Positions 32,644 through 44,318 of a DNA stretch of 64,000 nucleotides are shown here, piece by piece (the stretch's first letter is position 1; each line of letters starts with the position of its first letter). The stretch is taken from contig CAVVLO010000005.1 in NCBI GenBank assembly GCA_963749155.1, forward strand, positions 448,001 through 512,000, in the 5' to 3' direction. The DNA is from an uncultured Armatimonadia bacterium (GTDB taxonomy: Bacteria; Armatimonadota; Zipacnadia; CAVVLO01). The notes under the pieces are model-generated. The model was not told where the DNA came from, made no database searches, and was given only the letters and a program-made list of their open reading frames with translations. The position numbers were made by a program, and so were the translations under genes.

Positions 32644-35235
32644 TGCGTTTCTTGTTCTGGGCACTTTCTTTTGCTGCGCTTTTCTCTGCCGTGACTGCTC
32701 TCGCCGCCGGCACCCAGTCCGTCGAGACAGGCTACTGGAAGCTCACCCTGGCCGAAGGCGCGCCGGTTGGGCTGTTTGCCGATGCCACAGGCGAAGGCCA
32801 GTACGGTCCCAATCTGCTCTCTGCGAAAGCTTCGGACTGGAGCCCTCTCGGTTTCGAGGCGCTGGACCCGGCCACTCTTGCCCTGCCCCTCATCGAGGGT
32901 ACCACCGTCGTCTGGGACCACGCTGCCGCGCTTGAAAGAGGCTTGCTGGCCTCAGCCGAACAAGGGGGCGTGCCTGCCGCGCTTGAGCCAGAGGCTACCC
33001 TCGGCCAGGATTTCGAAACCCAGGTGCGGGCCCGGCTCCGAGTCAGTGTGTGCACGCCCACCTGGAGCGCAACTGACAGTGCCGCAACACTCCGGCTGAA
33101 ACGCGAGGGGCCAGAGGGTCAACTAATCGCAGAGCAGCAATTCACCAAGGTGAAAGACAATGGCTGGCTCGAGCTGGAGACCACCGATATGGTGCCTGCA
33201 GGGCGGTACTATATTGAACTGGCAGAACCCAAGGGCACGATTGGCTGGTGGAGCGCTGGCACTGATAACTACCTTGCAGGCACAGCTTATGCGAGCGGCC
33301 AGCCAGTTGGGGGAGACCGCCAGTTCCGGGTCGAGGCTACGGTGGGCAAGTCGGCCAGGCTGACCTTGAGCTTCGAGGGCAACAAGCTGAATATGACCGC
33401 CGAGAAGGGCCGCAAGGGCGAGAAGCCCTCCCTCTACTGGGTGCTACCCTGGCAGAAGTCAGGTTATGAGACCGCCGATCCGAAGGTGGCGCCCTTCCAT
33501 CACTGCTATACCGATATTGATATGTATTATCCTGTCCACCAGTTCAAGCGCAGGCCGTATTCGGCGATGAGCGCGGCCAACTGGGTGCGTTTCGTCGGCA
33601 ACGGGGGCGCCGACCTGCTCTTCTCGGGCACCGCCGGTATCGGGCTGACTTTCTTCGAGGACTATATGGTCTTCGGATTCAACTCGACCGACCTGACCGT
33701 TGAGGTGCTGCCCCAGAATCAGCCAGTGCCAGCGCATTTCCCGACCTTCACAGGCTCGGATACAAAGCGGGCCGCGCTGACGACGGAGTTTCTCTACAGT
33801 CATGGGCTCAACTTTGGCGTAGGCACCGGCGCGCCCTGGAAGCACTGGCTATCACTTACTCTCGACTGGCAACGCAACAACCAGACCGATGCCAATACCA
33901 TCCAGATTAGCGACCAGTATGTCGTCGGAGGCCAGGTGCAAGCCAGCGGCTATGTGAACACCTGGGGGCCGACTATCGGCTGGCCGTTCCCCTTCAAGGA
34001 TGAGGACGGCGATGGCGCCAATGATTATGACACGCGTCATTTCTCGACCAATTCCAACTTCATCCTCGGGGCCTGGCGTCATTACTGTTTCACCCGGGAC
34101 AGGGCTTATCTGGACAAGCTGATGCCCTCGCTGCGGCTGGCGATGGAATATCAGCTCAGGCAACTGGGCGGCGAGAGCGGCATGCTGCTTGCCTAGTGGC
34201 GAGGGGCATACTGGCAAGCACGGCGGTATCCCCAGCAACTATTGGGACATCCTGCCCTTTGGGTGGAAGGACGCCTTCTCGAATTCGCTTTTCTACGGCA
34301 GCCTGCGCGCAATGGCCGAGCTGGAAGAGGCCTATGGGCAGCCGGAAGGCAGAAGCCCTGCAGAATACAGACAGCTCGCCAGGGTCGCGCATAAAGCTTA
34401 CGATGAGACTTTCTGGAACGAGGAAGCGGGTCGGTATGTCGGCTGCGTGGATATTGATGGCGTAGCGCACGACTATGGCTACACCTTCGTGAATATGCAG
34501 GCGTTGGCCTTCGGGCTGGGCGACGAGACCAAAGCGCGCCGTATATATGACTGGATGGAAACGGGCCTCACCAGCAGCGGTGAGGCCGATACCTACTCGC
34601 GCTGGGTGTTCGCGCCGAGGGCGAGCACCTTCCACAATCCGCCGGTGAGCGCCGCGCAGGAGCCACTGCCGAGTTGGTGGTTCTGGGGCTGGCTTGGCAC
34701 GCCCTTCGAGGCCCAGTGTCAGGATGGAGGGGCTATCCTCTACACCTCGTATGACGATGTGATGGCACGACTGCGCTATTTCAGCCCCGATAACGCCTGG
34801 GAGCGCTTCACCACGATTGTCGATCGCTATGCCGAGCCCGACCACTTGTCCGGAGGCGCGCCCCTCTTCCGGGGAGAAGACCCCCAGGGAGGGCCGGGAG
34901 GGCATGCGGGCTCCGTGGGCGTTGAGGGAGAGTTCCCCGAAAGTGGCATCGTGCCTTGCCTGTGGCTTTATGGTTTTGTCGGCGCGCAGCCAACCGTGGA
35001 GGGACTGAAGATACGTCCCAAACTCCCTCGCGCTCTGGAATGGGCAGGGGTGCGCGGTATCGCCTATGCCGGGGGCACGCTCAATCTGGAGGTCACGCCA
35101 GAGCTACTTACCTATTCGTTCCTTCGGGGAGATACGAAGCGCGAAGAGGTCGTCCAGATCCCTCGCGGCCAGGCCTGCCTGCTCAAACCTGATGGCAGCT
35201 TCGAGCTTGTTTCTGCCTTCGATAACTGGCCATAA
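32643..35235 (+). CDS. Secreted six-hairpin glycosidase-like protein, copy 1 (frameshift ~34193)
   Basis: Signal peptide; beta-rich N-terminal modules; WRHYCFTRDRAYL; SNYWDILPFGWKDA; QCQDGGAIL; VGVEGEFPESG. Confidence 0.75.
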
Positions 35236-35246
35236 GGAGAAGCAAG

Positions 35247-37860
35247 ATGAAGCTGCTGGCGCTTCTCGTATTGCTCGCGCTTGCATCTGGGGCCCTGGCC
35301 GAGGTGAGTTTCGTGGAAAACGGCTACTGGCGTCTGGAATTACGGGAAGGCGAGCCGGTCGGCCTTTGGGCTGATCCGGCAGGCGCTTCGAACTGGAAGA
35401 CCAACCTGCTTTACGAGGGCGCTTCCGAAGAGGCGCGGAAGAGCGTCCTGCTTGGCTTCGAGGGCCTTCCTGCGGCAGGGCTTGGCGCGCCTCTTATCAG
35501 CCCTTCCAGAATCGAATGGCCAGAGGCAAACGCCCTCTCGACCATCACCGCGGTGGATACCTTCCGCGAATACGCCGAGAGCCTGCCCGTACCAGTGCCT
35601 GCGGAAGGCGCGCTGACCCAGACCTTCACTCCTGGGCGAAGAAGCGCGTATCACTTGCCAGGGGCGTTTCCCCACCTGGGCTGAGCCCGACTGCGGGATT
35701 ACCCTGAAGCTGCGGCAGGGCGGGCCAGAGGGGCCTGTCATCAGCCAGCTCGTAGTTGAGCACTTCGCGGATAATGACTGGATTGGACTGGACTCGGAGG
35801 GCTTCCTCCCCCCTGGCGTCTATGCTCTGGAGGCAAGCGCCCCGCGCGGTACTGTAGGCTGGTGGGCCTCCGCAACTGACAATTATTCTGACGGCCAGCC
35901 TTTGCGCGATGGGCAGCCGGCAGGGGAGGTCGGCGATTTCACCTTCCGCCTCATCGTGACGCGCAAGGTGCCTGCCCATTTTTCGATTGGACTGGATGGC
36001 CCCAGGCTTACCCTCGAAGCCAGTTGGCAAGCCGAGCCTCAGCCTCGCCTGCGCCTCTTGATGCCCTGGCAGCAAGAGGGCTATGAGGTGCGCGATGCGC
36101 GGGTATGCCCGTTCCGCCATTTTTATACCGAAAGCGACCTTTGGGTACCGATAGAACAGTTCAAACGCCGGCCCCTTGGCACAATCAACACTGGCACCTG
36201 GTGCCGCGCGGTGATGAACGAGGGCTACGATCTGCTTTTCGGCGATGGGCCAGGCACGGCTTTCCTCTTCCATCCTGACTGGGTGGAGGTGCAGATGGGC
36301 CGCGGCAAGCTGTCTATCGAGGCGCTGCCCGCCGGGCCGTATGCGCCCGGCCATTTTCCGAAGTTTACCGGCTCGGATGCGCGCGCGGCCGACCTGGCGA
36401 CCCAGTTCCTTTACAGTCACGGTCTCAATTTTGGCGGCGGCACGCCAGGCGACTGGAAACACTGGCACAGCCTCATCCTTGACTGGCAGGATAACTTCCA
36501 CAGTCGCTGGCAGCGCAGGCAGCTCGAAGAAGAATATCATCCTGGCCATATTATGGCCCCTGATGGTTATGTGAAATGCTGGGGCAATATCTCAGGCTGG
36601 CCTTTCCCCTACAAGGACGAAGACAAGAACGGCGAAAACGACTATGACACGCGCCATTTTGCGACCAACCCCAGTTTTATACTCGGCGCCTGGCGGCTGT
36701 ACTGCTTCAATCAGGACAGCGACCTGCTGGCCAAGATGATGCCCAATCTGCGCCTTGCGATGCGTTTTATGCTGGAGGACTGCGAGGGGGACACTGGCCT
36801 GATGCTGGCTAGCGGCGACTTGCACACGGGCAAACCCGGCGGCATCGGAAGCAACTACTGGGACATCCTGCCCTTCGGCTGGAAGGATGCCTTCTCGGAT
36901 TCGCTCTTTGTGGCTTCTCTGGTCGCGATGGCCCAGCTTGAAGAGGCTTATGGCAAGGGCGATGGGTACTCTCCAGAGGCCCTCCGGGCCCTTGCAGAAG
37001 AGGGAAAGCGCCTCTTTGACGAGGCCTTCTGGCTTCCGGAGGTAGGGCGCTGGGCGGGCTGCGTGGACGTGGACGGCAAGGCCTGGGATTATGGCTTCAC
37101 CTTCATCAACACGCAGGCGCTGGCGCTTGGGCTTGGCGATGGCGAAAAAGCCAGGCAGGTCTATGACTGGATGGAGAAAGGCCTCTCCAGCGAGGGCAAA
37201 GCGGACATCTACAGCAAGTGGATATTCGCCCCGCGCGCGACGACCCTGGACAACCCGCTGGTGAAGGGGCCGCAAGAGCCTCTCCCAAGCTGGTGGGCGA
37301 TGAACTGGCCTGGCACCGAGTTCAATGACCAGTGCCAGGACGGGGGCGCCATCCTCTATACCTCTTTCGACGACCTGATGGCGCGGGCGCGCTGGCTGGG
37401 CTCGGGCAGCGCCTGGCAGCGTTTCAGCGAGATACTGGACAGGTATGCGATGCCTGACCGACTGGCCGGTGGAAGTCCCCTTTCGCGCGGCGAGAAGACG
37501 CAGGGTGGGCCAGGCGGCAGCGCCGGATCGGTGGGTGTCGAAGGCGAATTCCCCGAAAGCGGGATGGTGCCCTGTTATTGGCTCTACGGCCTCGTAGGCG
37601 CGCAGCCCGACATCCGGGGCCTGCTCGTTCAGCCAAGATTGCCGGAGGCGCTGGAATGGGCCGGCGTCGAGGGGCTGATTTATGCCGGAGGGCGTATGAC
37701 CCTCACCTCGCGCCCCTCCGAGGTAAGCTATATCTGGGAAAAGGGCGAGCGGAAAGTTGAAGAGGCGGTTGCTCTTCCGGAGGGGAAGGCGCTGCTCATC
37801 AAAGCCGATGGCAGCAACGAGGTCGTAGAGGGCTTCCTGCCTACCGCGGGAGCACTATAA
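35247..37860 (+). CDS. Secreted six-hairpin glycosidase-like protein, copy 2 (frameshift ~35630)
   Basis: Collinear paralog of 32643-35235 with the same motifs. AAGGAG RBS. Confidence 0.75.
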
Positions 37861-39889
37861 ACTCATCGGGCTTCTCGTCCCCGTCACCAAGTGAGCCTGT
37901 GGCAAGCAGTTCCGCCCCCAGGTTTATCTCGAGGAACCATTGGCCGAATTCTTCGTCCCATTCGACGTGGAGGCTGGCCTCCGGATGGCGCTCCAGCAGT
38001 TTGGCAACGCGCTCATCCGCAAGGCAGACCGCTTTGGCGGCAGCCTCGTCATAGACAAGCTTGAGCGCGCCCTGACGCGCCAGCAATTCCAGCTCCAGCT
38101 CGGTCAGCGGAGTAGGCGGCGGGGGAGGGGCAAGTGCGAATTGCTCCAAAGTCGGTCTTAGTTCAACAAGCCAGGAAGCCTCGGGCCAGGCGGCCTCGGG
38201 CGCCTGCATAAAACGCAGGAATCCCCTGTAGCCAGCGCTTGCCAATAGCTCGCAATAGCGTTCCATCGCTGCTTTGGACGGGAAGGCTGTCCTCGCGCCG
38301 AGGTCGCTGTCAGGGCTGTCGACAGGCGAAGCGAAAGAGCGCCAGCCGAACTCGCCTGCGATCAGCAATTTGGTAGTGCCAGTTTCGGCCTCGAGCGACT
38401 TCCACCAGAGGGCAAAGCCCGTCAAATCGAAGGGAGTGCGCCCATCTGGCGATACCAGCACTGCCTTGCCAGTCGGCAACTCGACCACCTGGCCATACTG
38501 GTTGCGCGAAAGCCCATCCAGCCCGGCCATCAACGCTGCCTTTTGGAGGCCCAGATAAGCCTCCGGAGGGCCTTCCAGTCCCGCCGCGGCGAGCAGCACC
38601 GGCACGTTGCCCAGTTCTTGTTTTATCAGCCCCGCGCAGGCGGCCAGCGCTTCACCATAAAGCTTCAGGCGGAACTCGTCCTGCAGCGCCGATATCGCCT
38701 CAAGCTGGGCCTGGGAGGCAAAAAGGCCAAAAAGCCCTGGCGGTCCTTCTTCCAGCGGGTCTGGCCCTGTCTGGCTGATTAGCGGAGGCACCTGCCAGGG
38801 CGCCTCTTCGAGGCTTGTCCAGGCGGTGCCAAGGGCTGCGTTGAGGCCCGTTATATCGCCATATTTGGCAGCTAGAAAGCCCCTCCACTTCGCCATTACG
38901 GGCTCATCGTCCGAGAAGTCCGGATACACCGCGGAAGTCAGGGGCAGCGGGTAAGAATTGCACTCATCCTCAAGCAAGGCGCCCCTCAGGCCGGAGGCGC
39001 GCAGATGAGGCGCGAGCGCCTTCAAGGCGCCCTCGAAACGCGCCAGCACGGAAGGCTTCCAAAGGGCGGCCAGGCTCGAGGGAAGAGTCTCCAGCGTGCC
39101 AGGCACCCGTAATTCGACCATCACGACAAAGGCGATATCGCCCTTCAGGGGGATTTTTGCGGCGTCCAGTTCGAGCTGGATTGCCCTGGGCGAGCTCGCA
39201 GAGCCTGTCTCCAAAGGCAGGAACTGAGCGTTATCGTCCTCATCCAGTTGAGGTTGCCTGCGCCGCACGAGCTTGCGTTCGCGCACGGCCCGGGTAACCT
39301 CGACCGAGGCCCCCGTGACCTCATCCAGCGCCCAGATGCGCACCGGAGCGCTTTCCAGACCGTAAAAGGGGAAGGGGCTGCCAGGCCCAATCAGGCGCGA
39401 TTCCAGTTTGACTTCTTTGGCACCGGGGTCGAGATGGCGCCAGTTGACCTGCTTAACCTGATAGGTTAGCCAGTCTTCTTTGGGCAGCGCTTGCGGGCCG
39501 CGGTCGAGGGGAGAGGGTAATAAGCCCCCCAGCGCAACGAAGTAGGTCGCGCCCCCCTCAGAGAGAGTGCGCGCGCGCTGGGCCAGTTTCACGGTCTGCT
39601 GAAGCTTCTCGGTGGCGTCAAGCCCTGTGGCGAAGCCTGGCGGGGCTGCCAGCACAAAGTGGTCGAGGCCAAGTCTCCCAAGCCCCTCTACGTCCCCCAG
39701 GCCCGTAAAGCCGATCGGCACGAGAGGGACGCCTTCCCAGACGAGGAGGCCCGAGGCGTCGATATGCCAGTTTTGCCCGAGGTAGTCGCCCTCGGTGCGC
39801 TGCAGCAACTGGCTCCAGGCTCCCGCAGCCAGGCCAAGCAGCAACAAGATTATGAACAGGGCGCGCATCAGGACTAGATTCCACGTCAA
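37841..39889 (-). CDS. Secreted GH42-like (clan GH-A) protein
   Basis: Signal peptide; LEDECN; KWRGFLAAKYGDITGLNAALGTAWTSLEE (GH42-type); IAGEFGW. Start may instead be ATG 39868. Confidence 0.6.
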   Translation of the reverse strand: MTWNLVLMRALFIILLLLGLAAGAWSQLLQRTEGDYLGQNWHIDASGLLVWEGVPLVPIGFTGLGDVEGLGRLGLDHFVLAAPPGFATGLDATEKLQQTVKLAQRARTLSEGGATYFVALGGLLPSPLDRGPQALPKEDWLTYQVKQVNWRHLDPGAKEVKLESRLIGPGSPFPFYGLESAPVRIWALDEVTGASVEVTRAVRERKLVRRRQPQLDEDDNAQFLPLETGSASSPRAIQLELDAAKIPLKGDIAFVVMVELRVPGTLETLPSSLAALWKPSVLARFEGALKALAPHLRASGLRGALLEDECNSYPLPLTSAVYPDFSDDEPVMAKWRGFLAAKYGDITGLNAALGTAWTSLEEAPWQVPPLISQTGPDPLEEGPPGLFGLFASQAQLEAISALQDEFRLKLYGEALAACAGLIKQELGNVPVLLAAAGLEGPPEAYLGLQKAALMAGLDGLSRNQYGQVVELPTGKAVLVSPDGRTPFDLTGFALWWKSLEAETGTTKLLIAGEFGWRSFASPVDSPDSDLGARTAFPSKAAMERYCELLASAGYRGFLRFMQAPEAAWPEASWLVELRPTLEQFALAPPPPPTPLTELELELLARQGALKLVYDEAAAKAVCLADERVAKLLERHPEASLHVEWDEEFGQWFLEINLGAELLATGSLGDGDEKPDEFIVLPR

Positions 39890-39920
39890 AGAGGCTTCTC
39901 CCTGCCCCTCACCTGGCCCC

Positions 39921-42656
39921 CTACTTCAACAGGAAGAGCGCCGGTTCCAGCGTCAGCGTCACAGGCACTGCGGGCAGCGCGTTCCCATACTGGTTAAGCG
40001 CCTTGCGCACCAGGCTTGCGCCCACTGGGGGCGCGACCGGCTCGCCCAGGCTCCAACCATATGCGAACTTCCCGGCACTTGGGCTTTCGAATACATACCA
40101 CTTGAGCGATTCGGTGGATTCGTCCGCCACGAGCTTCGCATCGTGCAGATAGCGAGCGCAAAGCCGGAAGGTGAAGGCCGCAGGTTTCGGGCTGAAGTCG
40201 GTCCTCAATATCGAGAAGCTGGCATGTTCCCACGCCGAGAACCAAAGATACTTTTCGATGTAGGGGGTCGCGGCTGTCTCCACGAAGACTTTGGTCAGGT
40301 AAGTCGCCTGTTCAGGCTCGGAAACTACCCAGCCTGGGACGAGAAAGTCGTCCACAGTATTCCAGCCCGCTTCGCCTATCCACAGATTATGGCTTCCTCC
40401 CGCCTGCTCGATAAGGTTATGGAAGTTGCGCATCCCGTCCAGCCAGGCGGACCTGCCTGGGTCAGGCAAGTTTAGGAAATTGGGCGAAGCTTCATCGGGA
40501 TCATAACCACCAACATAAGGATGCACTTCGATGGCGTCGCAGTATTCGAGCACGCCCAGGTCCAGTGCCCCCTTGTAAAAGGGCATATCTGTCGAGGCCA
40601 GGCCGATTCCCAGCAGTTTCGAGTCAGGATCAGCTGCTTTGCTGGCTTCGCGAGTCGTCTTGAGCATCGCCATATAGGCCTCGGGGTTGGCCCATTCGCC
40701 CGAGTAGAGAGTCAGGTTGGGCTCGTTCCAGGGGATCCACCAGGTGATGCGCCCCTTGTACCGGCTCACGACCGTATATACATAGTCATACCAGTCTTCG
40801 AGTGAATCGGGGGGTTGTTTGTATTGCAGCAGGTTCTCGTCTTCCTCGATGACAGGCTTCGCGCGCGACCAGTCAGGCACCGGATCCTCCCACTGGAAGG
40901 TGGGCACCAGTTCAATGCCCGCTTCCTCGGCCCAGGCAACCAACTCGTCCATCCGGGTGAAGTCCCAGGTATCAGGGGCTGGCTCTACTTCGCTCCACTT
41001 GATGGGCAGCCTATACCAGCTTGAGCCCAGTTCTGCAATCTGCTGGAAGAACTCGCGATTGGGGACGTTCCAGAAACAACCAGCTAGCCCAACGGGGCTG
41101 GCTTCCTTTTGCCAGGCGCGGGCCGAGGTAGAATCCACCACCAGTCCATTAGAGCCAGTCGTCGTCTCGCCCGAAGCATAAGTCAGCTTTACATTGAGCC
41201 AGTAGGTACCCTCGGCCAGGGTTGAGGGCAGTTGAAGCGTGGCCCTGTTGGAGGTCCCTGCGGCGTCGACTTGCAGCTTTACGTTCTGACTGCCTTCGAA
41301 GGCCAGCCTGGTCAAGCCTGCTGGTCGCAAGGAGAAGTCAAGCTTCGCCGCGCCTTCTGCGCCCTCTGGACAGGGCAGCCTCAGATTTATCTCGACTGGC
41401 GCGCCAGGCGCAACCCGGCCAAGTGGGGAAGGCACCGGCACTTCGAGCCTGGGCACAGGCCGGCCCTCGAAGCTCTCAGAGAAGGACGGCTCGGGCAGAC
41501 TTTGTTCAATCCCCTGAGCAAGCTCGACAATTTGGGCGTCAGTGAGCTGCAAGGCCCAGGCGCGCGCCTCGTCAATCAGGCAGCGGCTGACGGTAGAGCC
41601 TGAGGCGTTCCAGAGCTGACTGCCCAGCGAGAAGACTCCTGCCGGGTCGCTGACAGGCCCTGTGTAGCCTCCCATCAGGCCCTTTACGCCGTCTACATAG
41701 AGCGCCTGGCCCGCTGGACCCCAGGTGATGGCCACGTGATGCCATTCTCCGGCAGGCCATTCGGTTGGCGCTACGGTCAGTTCCTTCTTGTTAATCATAA
41801 AAATAAGCTGTTTCCCCTGCGAAAAGAAGAGCAGGGCCGCCCCATCCAGGCCTGTATAGAAAGGCAGATTGTGCCAGGTAAATATCCCGGCAAAATCAGC
41901 TAGCTGGCTGACAGGCACTACAGGGCAAATCCAGAAGGCCAAAGTGCCAACTTCGGCTTTTAAAACGCCAGCCGCCTCGAAAATTGTGCTTGCGCCCGGC
42001 TTTTCGAAACTGGCGGCCAGGCCAGACTTGCCTTGCGCAAAGCTCACCTGATGGGTGGCGCCAAGCTCAAAGCCGCTTGTTTCAACAGGCACGCGAGGCC
42101 CTGAGAGCAACTCGACTTTCAAATCGTCATACCAGATGCGCCCAGTTGTCCCGCCGACAGCGAGGCCGATTATTAGCGTCTTGAGACCGGTGGGCACACT
42201 GAAACCTTTACTGTAGGTGCGGAATTCTCCACCGGTGTCCGAATCGTTTATCAACGCGACCGAGCTGTATTTATCTACATCGCTGAACATTACGAGCGCA
42301 GGCGCTGACAGTCCCTCGCAGCGCGCCTTCACGGACAACTGAACCCATTTGCCGCCCCAACTGGCAGGCTCGAGTGCCATCGCGACGGCGAACATCTCGT
42401 CATTGGCAGGAGTTGGTTCCAGTCTTAAGGATTGCTTGCCCCCGGCAAAAACTTCGCTGTCGAGCGCCCATTTGCCTCTGGGAGCAAGTTCCGGGATATC
42501 AAAAACCCAGCCAGGGGGAGGACCGGCTGTCTCGAAGCCCTCTTCAATTGGGGCAGCGGGCGCCAGTTGAGCTGGAGCCTTCCCGCAGGTCATTGCCAGC
42601 AAAGCTATTAACACAAGCCCAATAACCATCATTGCCATACGCCCTCGCTTTCCCAT
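39921..42656 (-). CDS. Secreted CBM-like/LamG/GH39- or GH5-like (clan GH-A) glycoside hydrolase
   Basis: IWYDDLKV CBM-like domain; LamG WHHVAITW…LYVDG…IDEAR; acid/base WNEPN; HPY; nucleophile LWIGEAGW; PKPA. Confidence 0.8.
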   Translation of the reverse strand: MGKRGRMAMMVIGLVLIALLAMTCGKAPAQLAPAAPIEEGFETAGPPPGWVFDIPELAPRGKWALDSEVFAGGKQSLRLEPTPANDEMFAVAMALEPASWGGKWVQLSVKARCEGLSAPALVMFSDVDKYSSVALINDSDTGGEFRTYSKGFSVPTGLKTLIIGLAVGGTTGRIWYDDLKVELLSGPRVPVETSGFELGATHQVSFAQGKSGLAASFEKPGASTIFEAAGVLKAEVGTLAFWICPVVPVSQLADFAGIFTWHNLPFYTGLDGAALLFFSQGKQLIFMINKKELTVAPTEWPAGEWHHVAITWGPAGQALYVDGVKGLMGGYTGPVSDPAGVFSLGSQLWNASGSTVSRCLIDEARAWALQLTDAQIVELAQGIEQSLPEPSFSESFEGRPVPRLEVPVPSPLGRVAPGAPVEINLRLPCPEGAEGAAKLDFSLRPAGLTRLAFEGSQNVKLQVDAAGTSNRATLQLPSTLAEGTYWLNVKLTYASGETTTGSNGLVVDSTSARAWQKEASPVGLAGCFWNVPNREFFQQIAELGSSWYRLPIKWSEVEPAPDTWDFTRMDELVAWAEEAGIELVPTFQWEDPVPDWSRAKPVIEEDENLLQYKQPPDSLEDWYDYVYTVVSRYKGRITWWIPWNEPNLTLYSGEWANPEAYMAMLKTTREASKAADPDSKLLGIGLASTDMPFYKGALDLGVLEYCDAIEVHPYVGGYDPDEASPNFLNLPDPGRSAWLDGMRNFHNLIEQAGGSHNLWIGEAGWNTVDDFLVPGWVVSEPEQATYLTKVFVETAATPYIEKYLWFSAWEHASFSILRTDFSPKPAAFTFRLCARYLHDAKLVADESTESLKWYVFESPSAGKFAYGWSLGEPVAPPVGASLVRKALNQYGNALPAVPVTLTLEPALFLLK

Positions 42657-42740
42657 TTTATCCTCCGTAGTTTCAGGACAACTCGTCTGCTACACTACTG
42701 AGTACGCTTTTGGCAAGCTACTGGTTGCGCAGGTGAATCC

Positions 42741-44318
42741 ATGAAAGTCTCCTGGTGGTTGTTCGCGTGTCTGCTTGTAGTCCTGGCAACGCGCCTGCCT
42801 TACTTTGGAGAGCGCCTATATAATGTAGACACAGCTGCCCGTGCGGTACAAGCCTGGGCCTGGACCCAGGGGATGGTTCCAGAGCATGACACGGTTGTCA
42901 GCAGCAAAACTCCAGGCCTTGCCTGGCTTTTTCTGCAGTGTTTCAGGCTGTTTGGCCTGAAGCTTGTGCCCTTGCAGCTACTGGCCTTGCTGCTCGTGCT
43001 GATTACAGCGGGGCTGGTTTTTATGATTGGCCGCCTCCTCGACAGTCCTCGGGCAGGGGCCCTGGCCGCAGCCCTGTACGCAGGCATCGTAGTCTTTGGC
43101 TATACCCCAGCCCAATGGCTCGAGCCTCATACTGAATATCCTGAAATGGTCTGCCTGACTGCGGCAGTGCTGATGGCCGGGCTGTTTGTGATCAGGCGCC
43201 AGTCAGCCTGGGCCTTTCTCTGCGGCTTCCTCCTGGCTTGCGCGGTGATGATGCGCCAGAACGCTCTGGTGCTGGGCTTTTTCCTCTTTATTGCCCTTGG
43301 GCTGGGGCTTTGGAAAGACCAGCGTCAGCGATTGCCCCTGGCTTTTGCGCTTGGTCTGGCCGGTATGGTCTTTGGCTTTGCGCCCTGGCTCGTGTATTAC
43401 TGGAGAGAAGACGCTCTGGGCGGTCTGTGGCTGCAGAGTTTCGTACTTACTCAGCACTACAGCGCTGGTTTGTCCGCCAAAGCGATGCTGTTGAATCTTC
43501 CCCTTCATCTGGGCAAATACCTTCGTCGCCAGCTTGTGCCGGCTGTATTCGCCCTCTGGTTTTTGTTTAGCAAAAAAAACCGAAAGGCCGATTTTTCATA
43601 TCAGCTTGTCGCCACAATGTTTCTGGGGGCAGTTACCGCTGCCTCCATGGGCGGCAGATACTCGCCTCACTATTACCTGCAGCTTGCGCCCTTCCTTGCG
43701 CTGGCTGCGGGTATGGGCGCCTCCAGGTGGTATTCTGTACTAGCGGAAAGCCAGCCGAAAAAGAGCCGCTTGGTACCACTGGCGTGCGCGCTCTACCTTA
43801 TGGTCGGCGTAGTGCTGATAAGCCGGCCTGCGCTGCGCAGTTATTTCTACACCGGATCCACAACGGCTCGGTTGAACGCTCCTGGTGAGCCTACAAATGC
43901 GCGCGAAGTTGGGGTATACCTCCAAAGCCACATCCGGCCTGGAGAACGAATTGCTGTTATTGGACGGGGCGTTGCAATTTACTGGTTTGCAGAACGTCTG
44001 CCGGCACTTACAGATATCTGGGGCACCCGAGTGAGTGGCTATTTTGGCTGGAATGATGCCCCTGAGGTATTTCAGGCTTATGAACCTGGCTTTGTAGCCG
44101 AATTATTGGAACGCAAGCCGCCTGTGCTGGTAGAATTTTGCCAGAACGGATTATTCTCTCGGCGCTACAGCGGGTCGCCTGGAAAACTGACTCTGGAGGA
44201 GCTACCCTTGCTCTTTGATGCGCTCAAGAAACATTATGTCGAAACGCCCTTTGGGGGCAGCGATACTGTCCTCTGGTGGCGTAAAGACCTGCGCAGTGGA
44301 GATGACCTGAAGCGATGA
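42741..44318 (+). CDS. GT-C membrane glycosyltransferase (GT39/ArnT/PMT-like), copy 1
   Basis: Multi-TM; loop-1 YNVDTA…SSKTPG; EPHTEY; MRQN; HYYLQLAP; C-terminal soluble domain. Confidence 0.8.
   Translation: MKVSWWLFACLLVVLATRLPYFGERLYNVDTAARAVQAWAWTQGMVPEHDTVVSSKTPGLAWLFLQCFRLFGLKLVPLQLLALLLVLITAGLVFMIGRLLDSPRAGALAAALYAGIVVFGYTPAQWLEPHTEYPEMVCLTAAVLMAGLFVIRRQSAWAFLCGFLLACAVMMRQNALVLGFFLFIALGLGLWKDQRQRLPLAFALGLAGMVFGFAPWLVYYWREDALGGLWLQSFVLTQHYSAGLSAKAMLLNLPLHLGKYLRRQLVPAVFALWFLFSKKNRKADFSYQLVATMFLGAVTAASMGGRYSPHYYLQLAPFLALAAGMGASRWYSVLAESQPKKSRLVPLACALYLMVGVVLISRPALRSYFYTGSTTARLNAPGEPTNAREVGVYLQSHIRPGERIAVIGRGVAIYWFAERLPALTDIWGTRVSGYFGWNDAPEVFQAYEPGFVAELLERKPPVLVEFCQNGLFSRRYSGSPGKLTLEELPLLFDALKKHYVETPFGGSDTVLWWRKDLRSGDDLKR

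Noticed and set aside
34191..34196. TAG read-through (pyrrolysine or recoded stop) in the six-hairpin gene
   Set aside because: The downstream homology continues in a different frame, and the paralog reads GCT AGC GGC, so this is an indel and not an in-frame stop.
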